From assembly GCF_037902255.1 (NCBI RefSeq), contig NZ_CP147990.1:120001-152000 (forward strand): 32,000 nt of DNA, read 5' to 3'. The DNA is from Candidatus Electrothrix sp. GW3-4. GTDB lineage: Bacteria > Desulfobacterota > Desulfobulbia > Desulfobulbales > Desulfobulbaceae. A model generated the notes under the pieces. That model saw nothing but the letters and a program-made list of their open reading frames with translations. It searched no databases and was not told the DNA's origin. Positions 26,141 to 32,000 of this stretch are shown here, piece by piece. The translations under genes were made by a program, and so were the position numbers. The number at the start of each line of letters is the position of its first letter. Position 1 is the first letter of the stretch.

Positions 26141-27309
26141 AGTCAAAGGGGAATATACCTCGTACGGATGAAGAAATGACGGTTACGCAGCATGAACATT
26201 TGGCTAAGGAAAGAGCAGGTAATCTGAAACCGTTACACGGTATTCGTGGTTTTGCCGTCCTCCTCGTCCTTCTGTCTCATGCCGCAAATGACAAGGTGTT
26301 GTTGTTTGATGCGATAAACTTGAGCGGAGCAGGCCATTACGGAGTCTTTCTTTTTTTTGTGTTAAGTGCATTTTTGTTAACACGGCAGTTTTTAGAGCTG
26401 GATCAAGGACAAATATTTATTGTGCCGGTTTTGCGACATTATTTTCTACGGCGTATTTTGAGAATATATCCTCTTTTTATCGTCGCGTTAGGAGGATATT
26501 TGCTTCTTTATAAAGCAGGATTTCTGATAGTTCCTCTTTCTTTGGAAATGATGTTGAAGAGCCTGCTCCTTTTGGATGCAGAAGAATTTTTTTGGACGAT
26601 TCCTGTAGAATTTCAATACTATTTTATCCTTCCCTTGATGGCCTTTTTCCTTGTTAAAATATCGAACTCTTATTACCTCCTTTTGGGAGGTGTTCTCTTT
26701 TGTCTGGGCTGGCAGCTCCTTTTTCCGCCTCAGTACACTGCACACGTTCTCCCGTTTTTACCGACTTTTGTCCTTGGCTCCTTAACCGCAAAAGCGTACA
26801 AATTGATCCACGAAAGAAAAGTCTCTCAGCAAGAGACACGCACAGACACTGATCGAAGGCAGAATTTGTATAATTTCTTGGCATGGGCTATAGTTGTTTC
26901 GTTTTTTCTTCTGGTGCCGAATATATTAGAAAAGTTATTTGGTTCCTGGATAAAGCAAATTGATATTCAGCATCAGTTTCTCCTTTTTGGTTTATTGAGT
27001 AGTGGGTTGATTCTCACGACGCTTCTTGGAAATGGAAGGATACGGCATTTGATGGAAAGCTCGTTTTTCACCTTCTGGGGGAAAGTGAGCTTTAGCGCGT
27101 ATTTGGGGCATAAGGTACTTCTGGCCTTGATTCATGATTTTTTTCAGGTATCGCCTCCGCTTCAATTTATTCTCTTTTTTTCTGCAACTGCTTTCTGTTC
27201 TTACCTCTCATACAGGTACTTTGAAAAGCCCTTGGCTGGAATCCATGTTTTATGGAAAGGAATAGAAGGAGATAACGGGAGGAATAAACAGGTGGTTTTG
27301 AATGGTTGA
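26131..27309 (+). CDS. Acyltransferase family 3 integral membrane protein
   Basis: 392 aa. LKPLHGIRGFAVLLVLLSHA (conserved His), FWTIPVEFQYYFILP, and about 10 hydrophobic spans. The start is uncertain (GTG 26131, GTG 26137 or ATG 26176). Confidence 0.85.
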   Translation: MFVKSKGNIPRTDEEMTVTQHEHLAKERAGNLKPLHGIRGFAVLLVLLSHAANDKVLLFDAINLSGAGHYGVFLFFVLSAFLLTRQFLELDQGQIFIVPVLRHYFLRRILRIYPLFIVALGGYLLLYKAGFLIVPLSLEMMLKSLLLLDAEEFFWTIPVEFQYYFILPLMAFFLVKISNSYYLLLGGVLFCLGWQLLFPPQYTAHVLPFLPTFVLGSLTAKAYKLIHERKVSQQETRTDTDRRQNLYNFLAWAIVVSFFLLVPNILEKLFGSWIKQIDIQHQFLLFGLLSSGLILTTLLGNGRIRHLMESSFFTFWGKVSFSAYLGHKVLLALIHDFFQVSPPLQFILFFSATAFCSYLSYRYFEKPLAGIHVLWKGIEGDNGRNKQVVLNG

Positions 27310-28330
27310 TGTTACCCTCCTTCTCCCTGTGTATAATGGTGAGCGTTATTTGCGGGAAACCCTTCAGAGCCTGTTGTCTCAGACATACACAGACTTTGAG
27401 CTGCTTATTGTTGACGACGGTTCTACAGATAGTTCGGCTGACATAATTCGTCGTTTTGCCGACCCCCGTATTCGTCTCCTCAAAAATCCTGAGCGACTAA
27501 AGTTATCCGGTGCTTTAAATCGTGGTATGAAAGAGGCTAAGGGAAGATATATTGCCCGGATGGATGCAGATGATATTGCCCTCCCACGGCGTTTGCAGCA
27601 GCAATTTGCTTATATGGAAGCACATCCCGAAGTTGGAATGTGTGGTACAGCGATTGAGATTTTCGGGAAGGATCATCCTCGGCGGGATGTGTACCCCGCA
27701 ACCTCTGATGCCATTAGGGCCTATGGTCTTTTTGACTGCCCGTTTTGCCATCCCTCGGTCATGATGCGTAAGGGTATGTTTTTCCAATATGATCTTTGGT
27801 ATGATGGCGAATATTATCCCACAGAGGACTATGAACTATGGGCTCGGGCAATTGAGCTCTTTCCTACGGTCAATCTGGATGAGGTTCTGCTCCGCTATCG
27901 GATTCATGAAAGCAGTATGACAGGATCTGATTGGGATGCGATGGATAAACAGGCTGCCAGGGTGGCCCTTCCTCTCCTGCATAATTTAGGTGTATTGCCG
28001 TCAAAAACAGAGCTGCGATTGCACCGGAATATTGGGCGTGGTCGAAGTTGTCAGCTCCGGGATATGGAAGAAGTGGAGCAAGCTGAGCAATGGCTGAAGC
28101 GGTTAATCACAGCAAATCAGCAAAGAGAATGCTATAACCCCGTCGCCCTTGCACGAACTATTGCTCTGATCTGGTTTCGTGTCTGCATGAATTCTTCTTC
28201 CCTCGGTTTTGTCTTGCTGAGCAAATACGCAACAAGTAGTCTCCGAAAACGGGACGAAAAGTCTATCTCCAATCTGCTGACTCTGCTGGCCTCTGTTGTG
28301 AAACAGCAGCTTGTTCGGAAAACAACTTGA
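27302..28330 (+). CDS. Family 2 glycosyltransferase with ~130-aa C-terminal extension
   Basis: 342 aa. VTLLLPVYNGERYLRETLQSLLSQTYTDFELLIVDDGSTDSS, YIARMDADD (DXD), and TEDYELWAR. Confidence 0.9.
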   Translation: MVDVTLLLPVYNGERYLRETLQSLLSQTYTDFELLIVDDGSTDSSADIIRRFADPRIRLLKNPERLKLSGALNRGMKEAKGRYIARMDADDIALPRRLQQQFAYMEAHPEVGMCGTAIEIFGKDHPRRDVYPATSDAIRAYGLFDCPFCHPSVMMRKGMFFQYDLWYDGEYYPTEDYELWARAIELFPTVNLDEVLLRYRIHESSMTGSDWDAMDKQAARVALPLLHNLGVLPSKTELRLHRNIGRGRSCQLRDMEEVEQAEQWLKRLITANQQRECYNPVALARTIALIWFRVCMNSSSLGFVLLSKYATSSLRKRDEKSISNLLTLLASVVKQQLVRKTT

Positions 28331-28337
28331 TTCCTGC

Positions 28338-29291
28338 ATGCAATCTCCGCTCATCACTGTCATTATCTGTACCCATAATAGGGAGCAATTTCTAGGATCT
28401 TGCCTGAAGAGTCTGTATCAGCAAACGCTTCCTCAGGAAGAGTACGAGGTGCTTGTTGTTGATAATGCATCCACCGATAGAACAAAGGCTGTCTGCGAAG
28501 AGTATCTTCCCCATGAAAATTTTTGTTACATTTTTGAGGCGATCCCTGGGCTTTCCCAAGCACGGAACACCGGTTGGCAGCATGGGCAGGGACGGTATAT
28601 AGCCTTCATTGATGATGATGCGACAGCTGTCCCGGATTGGTTGGAGAAAATTCTTGTCAGTTTTCAGGAATCCGAACTTGAGCCTGATTGGGTGGGGGGG
28701 CCGGTTAATCTGGTCTGGGAAAAAGAGCCTCCAGCATGGTTGACCAGAGAGTATTTCAGTGCGCTGGGTTGGGTTGATTGGGGAACAGAGGCCCGATTGC
28801 TCGACCCTCAAAGAGAGTGGTTAGTGGGCTGTAACTGTATTCTTAAAAAGGCTACGCTGGAAAGGTTTGGTGGATTTGATACAAGGTTAGGACGAAAAAA
28901 AGATCTTCTCCTTTCTGGCGAAGAAGTGCAACTGCATCATCGCATCCAGGCAGCTGGCGGGAGTTTTTACTATCATCCGGGTGTAAAAGTAAATCACCAT
29001 GTCGCTGCCTTTCGTATCAAACCAGGGTATTTTTATCGGCGGTATTATTGGGGAGGCATTACGGATTTCATAATGGCTAAGACCCTCCACGATGTCCCTT
29101 CTCAAAATAGAGTTGAGCAGCCTGAGCAGAGTCAGTGGGCAAGGCTAACAACAAATCTACTGCACTGTACGGGTCTGTTTTCTTCCTATGATAGAGCTGT
29201 AGCAAGTCGTATCTATATGGCCTATGTGATAGGGTGGATGCGGGCTGTGGTCAAATTCTCTTGGCGCAAGGTGGATCTGGAAACATTATGA
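28338..29291 (+). CDS. Family 2 glycosyltransferase
   Basis: The track ORF starts at TTG 28311, overlapping the upstream gene. The in-frame ATG at 28338 gives MQSPLITVIICTHNREQFLGSCLKSLYQQTLPQEEYEVLVVDNASTDRT, followed by YIAFIDDDA (DXD). Confidence 0.9.
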   Translation: MQSPLITVIICTHNREQFLGSCLKSLYQQTLPQEEYEVLVVDNASTDRTKAVCEEYLPHENFCYIFEAIPGLSQARNTGWQHGQGRYIAFIDDDATAVPDWLEKILVSFQESELEPDWVGGPVNLVWEKEPPAWLTREYFSALGWVDWGTEARLLDPQREWLVGCNCILKKATLERFGGFDTRLGRKKDLLLSGEEVQLHHRIQAAGGSFYYHPGVKVNHHVAAFRIKPGYFYRRYYWGGITDFIMAKTLHDVPSQNRVEQPEQSQWARLTTNLLHCTGLFSSYDRAVASRIYMAYVIGWMRAVVKFSWRKVDLETL

Positions 29292-30295
29292 ACCCGAACA
29301 GGAACCAGGAAATTAAGCTCATCGGGCTGAGCGACGGCTTTCATACGGCTGAAGCGCCACAACTCTCGGTCCTTCTTCCGACCTATAATCGGGCAGAGGC
29401 CCTGCACCGGACCCTTCAAGGACTTGAACAGCAGAGCGCAGACAAGGCCACGTATGAGGTTATTGTGGTGGACGACGGCTCGGATGACCGTACCCCGGAG
29501 GTGCTGGAGCAGTTTACCGCCCAGACAGGGTTGCTGTTTCGTTATGTCTTGCTTAAGGAGAACGGTGGCCCGGCTCGGGCCCGCAATATCGGCCTGTCCA
29601 TGATACGCGGCAAAGCTGTGTTCATCACTGGCGATGACATTGAGCCTAGCGAGACCTTGGTGGAACGGCATCTTCAGTTTCATCAACAGCACTCAGAAAA
29701 AGGAGCCGCCTTGCTGGGCTATGTTTCCTTTCCAGAAGCTCTGGATGCTAATCCCTTTATGCGCTGGCTGGCGACACAAGGCAGGGCCTATTTTTTCAAT
29801 TACGCAGACCTGACACCAGGAAAAGAGGCCGGTCCGCTATTTTTCTACACCTGTAATGTCTCTGTCAAGACCTCGCTGTTGGAGCAAACGGGCTGGTTCG
29901 ACGAATCCTTTCCCTATGCCTCTCACGAAGATCTGGAGTTAGGATGTCGACTTGCTGAGCAGGGGATGCGCCTGATCTATGAGCCTGCTGCTGAAGGATT
30001 TCATTGGCATTTGCTGACCGTGCAAGGGATCACCCGACGGGTGTATTTGATGGGCTATTCTGCCAGGTTATTTTGGGCCAAGGTTAAACAGCAAGACGGG
30101 ATTCTCAAGCGGAGCCTGCGCAGGATTTTGGTTCTCTGTTGCTCTGCTCCCTGGGGAATATGGGCATGGAACTGGCTGCGAAAGCAAGAGTATTCGGGAC
30201 AGCAGGCCTATCCTGTACAATGGCGGCTGCTTCTTTTTCTCAGTTTTTTCATTGGCCTTGCTGATGGATATAAGAACCGGGAAATCAGAGTATAG
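29288..30295 (+). CDS. Family 2 glycosyltransferase with hydrophobic C-terminal segments
   Basis: The in-frame ATG at 29288 forms an ATGA overlap with the upstream stop. LSVLLPTYNRAEALHRTLQGLEQQSADKATYEVIVVDDGSDDRT, FITGDD (DXD) and SHEDLELGCR. The C-terminal LVLCCSAPWGIWAWNWL and LLLFLSFFIGLA are hydrophobic. Confidence 0.9.
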   Translation: MNPNRNQEIKLIGLSDGFHTAEAPQLSVLLPTYNRAEALHRTLQGLEQQSADKATYEVIVVDDGSDDRTPEVLEQFTAQTGLLFRYVLLKENGGPARARNIGLSMIRGKAVFITGDDIEPSETLVERHLQFHQQHSEKGAALLGYVSFPEALDANPFMRWLATQGRAYFFNYADLTPGKEAGPLFFYTCNVSVKTSLLEQTGWFDESFPYASHEDLELGCRLAEQGMRLIYEPAAEGFHWHLLTVQGITRRVYLMGYSARLFWAKVKQQDGILKRSLRRILVLCCSAPWGIWAWNWLRKQEYSGQQAYPVQWRLLLFLSFFIGLADGYKNREIRV

Positions 30296-30360
30296 CTCCA
30301 TTGCCACTTCTCGTTTTCGGAAAGATACTTGTTACATATAACGCAGAGAGTTTATTGAAA

Positions 30361-31062
30361 ATGCCAGATTATCAAAATGTATTAGCTCAGATAAAGGCCT
30401 TGCCTGCTGATTGGCATGGTTCCGGTCCCTTATCTGATGCAGTGTTGCAAAAAATAGCTGATTACTGCGCCGGTATTGCCCCTATTCATTATAGTATGGA
30501 AACTGGTGCGGGAAAATCCACCTTGTTTTTTTCACAGATATCTGAACATCATCTGGCCTTTGCCCTTGATGTGGGAAAAAGTCTGACCAGGGTACGAGAG
30601 TCCTCCCTTTTTCGTCAGGAACGCACGGAGCTCATAACCGGTCCGACTCAACAGACTGTGCCTGCATTCACTTTCACAAAGCCATTGCAGGTTGCTCTGA
30701 TTGACGGACCGCATGGGTATCCCTTTCCTGAGTTGGAATATTATTATATCTATCCTCATCTCGCCGAGAATGCCCTGTTAATCCTTGATGACACCAATAT
30801 TCCCACGATCAAGAGAATGGCCGAAATCCTGAGTGCTGATGATATGTTTGAGTGTATAGAGGTGCTGGGGAAAACAACATTTTTTCGTCGAACAGCAGCG
30901 CCTGTCTTCGATCCTCTGGCTGACGGCTGGTGGGACCAGGGATATAACAGATCTTTTTTAAATAAAAGTAATCGGCTGAATAGCCTGAAGGCCAAGATCC
31001 CGCCGTCATTATTTAAGTTGATTCCCGAATCACTGAAACTCTCAGTGCAGAAATATCTTTAG
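30361..31062 (+). CDS. Class I SAM-dependent methyltransferase (Methyltransf_24-like)
   Basis: The ATG at 30361 is in frame within the track ORF 30301-31062. METGAGKSTLFFS (motif I of this subfamily) and VALIDGPHGYPFPELEYYYIYPHLAENALLILDDT. Confidence 0.65.
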   Translation: MPDYQNVLAQIKALPADWHGSGPLSDAVLQKIADYCAGIAPIHYSMETGAGKSTLFFSQISEHHLAFALDVGKSLTRVRESSLFRQERTELITGPTQQTVPAFTFTKPLQVALIDGPHGYPFPELEYYYIYPHLAENALLILDDTNIPTIKRMAEILSADDMFECIEVLGKTTFFRRTAAPVFDPLADGWWDQGYNRSFLNKSNRLNSLKAKIPPSLFKLIPESLKLSVQKYL

Positions 31063-31095
31063 AGCTCGTCCCGGTTTCTCTCTCTCCACAGGGCT

Positions 31096-32000
31096 ATGGC
31101 ATCACTTCTTCTTCAACTGGGCACGGTAACAGCAAGTCTGTTTGTGCTTCTGGTTCTCCCTGCTCTGCCCCTTGCCCGTTTTGTTCTGCCAGAACGGAAA
31201 TGGCCGGAAATCCTGCTTGGTTCACTCCTGATAGGGGCTTGCTGTCAAGCCGCCATCGGGCTTATTTGGTCACATCTGGTTGGGCATTCCCCCGGAACAG
31301 AAGCGACGGTGTATCTCTGTTTGTTGGTGGGCCTTTCGCTGCTCTCCTTCCTGTCTCATCGTTTGCGTCAATCGGCAGTGCAGCTGTTGAGCAAGAACGC
31401 GATAAAAGGGGCGTTGCCTCTTTTGCTGATTCTGATTATTGCCTTTGCTGTTCGTTCCCTCCATCCTTTGCAAAGCGCAGCTTTAGGTCAATCTGACGCC
31501 TATACCCATCTTCATTATCTCCGTCATCTCGCGGAGCATGCTCGAATTTTTAATATTGTCTATCCAGCAGGCTATCACTGGCTGTTGGCTCTGCCGGTGT
31601 TGGTTTTCGGGCTTGACCCGTACATCGTTGTTCGCTTTGCCGGGGCTTTTTGGGGAACCGCCTTGGTGCTGGCAATCTATGTTCTGCTTGAACGGCTGGT
31701 GAACCGACGTGCTGCCATCTTGGGCAGCTTCTGTGCGGCCTGCTTCCCTGGCATGAATGTCCTTATCAAAACAGGGATTGGGGCCTTTGCCAATCAGTTT
31801 GGCTTGCTGCTTGTCCCTAGCATTTTGTACTTATATAGCCTCCTTGCTGAGCAAAAAGAAGAACAGGTGATTGGTTCGGTTCTGCTCTTTATTGTAGCCT
31901 GTCTTGGCTTAGCCGCCTCTGTGCCGATGATGCTGCTCCATATTTTTATTATCTTCGTTATAGAGCGCCTTGTGGCCTTGGTGAGAAGACGTGGGCAATG
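31096..32000 (+). CDS. Polytopic membrane protein, GT-C / PMT_2 (ArnT-like) glycosyltransferase candidate; 3' end beyond window
   Basis: Translated by hand from ATG 31096: MASLLLQLGTVTASLFVLLVLPALPLARFVL...AFAVRSLHPLQSAALGQSDAYTHLHYLRHLAEHARIFNIVYPAGYHWLLALPVLVFGLDPYIVVRFAGAFWGTALVLAIYVLLERL... It stays open for 301 codons to nt 32000 and is absent from the ORF track because no stop is reached. Hydrophobic spans alternate with a loop containing an Asp (QSDAY) after a TM helix, as in PMT_2/ArnT-type enzymes. Confidence 0.6.
   Translation, partial: MASLLLQLGTVTASLFVLLVLPALPLARFVLPERKWPEILLGSLLIGACCQAAIGLIWSHLVGHSPGTEATVYLCLLVGLSLLSFLSHRLRQSAVQLLSKNAIKGALPLLLILIIAFAVRSLHPLQSAALGQSDAYTHLHYLRHLAEHARIFNIVYPAGYHWLLALPVLVFGLDPYIVVRFAGAFWGTALVLAIYVLLERLVNRRAAILGSFCAACFPGMNVLIKTGIGAFANQFGLLLVPSILYLYSLLAEQKEEQVIGSVLLFIVACLGLAASVPMMLLHIFIIFVIERLVALVRRRGQ

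Noticed and set aside
29222-29692. 156-aa minus-strand ORF, and similar antisense ORFs at 28392-28811, 23071-23478, 19773-20141, 14420-14776, 6614-6979 and 2654-3022
   Set aside because: All lie entirely antisense to plus-strand genes with strong family motifs. They have low-complexity or unrecognisable sequences and fit the shadow-ORF pattern, and I saw no independent start context or motif.
30499-30522. ETGAGKST read as a possible Walker A / P-loop NTPase motif
   Set aside because: It does not satisfy [AG]xxxxGK[ST], because the residue five positions before the Gly-Lys is Met. The rest of the protein (VALIDGPH...LLILDDT) fits the Methyltransf_24 SAM-binding layout, in which E-x-G-x-x-x-S-T is motif I.
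31060-31098. The TAG stop of the methyltransferase is in the same frame as the downstream membrane-protein ORF (33 nt apart), suggesting possible stop-codon read-through or a fusion
   Set aside because: Sharing a frame has a one-in-three chance. The downstream ORF has its own ATG, and a soluble methyltransferase fused to an N-terminal signal-like TM segment is not an expected architecture. I saw no recoding signal.
31200-31496. 98-aa plus-strand ORF and the 67-aa minus-strand ORF at 31270-31473 offered by the track
   Set aside because: Both sit inside the much longer open frame starting at 31096, which encodes a coherent polytopic membrane protein. They are frame artefacts.
1-32000. Search by eye for tRNA/rRNA, CRISPR repeat-spacer periodicity, IS inverted repeats, transposase/integrase/recombinase ORFs, and toxin-antitoxin or defence-system genes
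   Set aside because: None was found. Every sizeable ORF is assignable to glycan synthesis, modification, export or regulation, or is an unknown gene embedded in the same operon. The only repeats are the 20-bp tandem duplication and short hairpins, which do not have CRISPR or IS architecture.

Overview
The whole 32-kb window is one plus-strand glycan biosynthesis locus (O-antigen or capsule type). I count 32 genes, many with overlapping stop/start codons (ATGA at 5327, 8521, 14759 and 29288; TAATG at 6769-6773). I saw no rRNA, tRNA, CRISPR array, transposase or integrase. Export is ABC-transporter dependent: a Wzm permease and a Wzt ATPase that carries a C-terminal extension. The locus opens with a fused WbpB-like oxidoreductase / WbpD-like N-acetyltransferase (5' end outside the window) and a GbsR/MarR-type regulator. 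After these come a DegT-family aminotransferase and a WbqC-family protein. The rest comprises at least 13 glycosyltransferase domains: GT2 x7 (one frameshifted), a GnT-I-like GT-A, a GT8-like protein, GT4 x3 (two fused in one 686-aa protein), two atypical GT-B-like proteins and a partial GT-C-like membrane protein at the right edge. There are also four SAM-methyltransferases and two acyltransferase-3 membrane proteins. The most unusual content is six ORFs carrying sulfotransferase (PAPS-binding) motifs. This predicts a heavily sulfated, methylated and acylated bacterial polysaccharide. Other points worth a second look: a gene-by-gene GC mosaic (about 25-35% GC across 5327-10450 versus about 50% in the flanks), a GT2 gene split by a +1 frameshift exactly at a C7 tract, a perfect 20-bp tandem duplication in a 5' leader, hairpins in the largest intergenic gap, and an open ORF at the right edge that the ORF track omits. 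The host taxon cannot be determined from the sequence alone. All family calls rest on motif recognition by eye, not on database searches.
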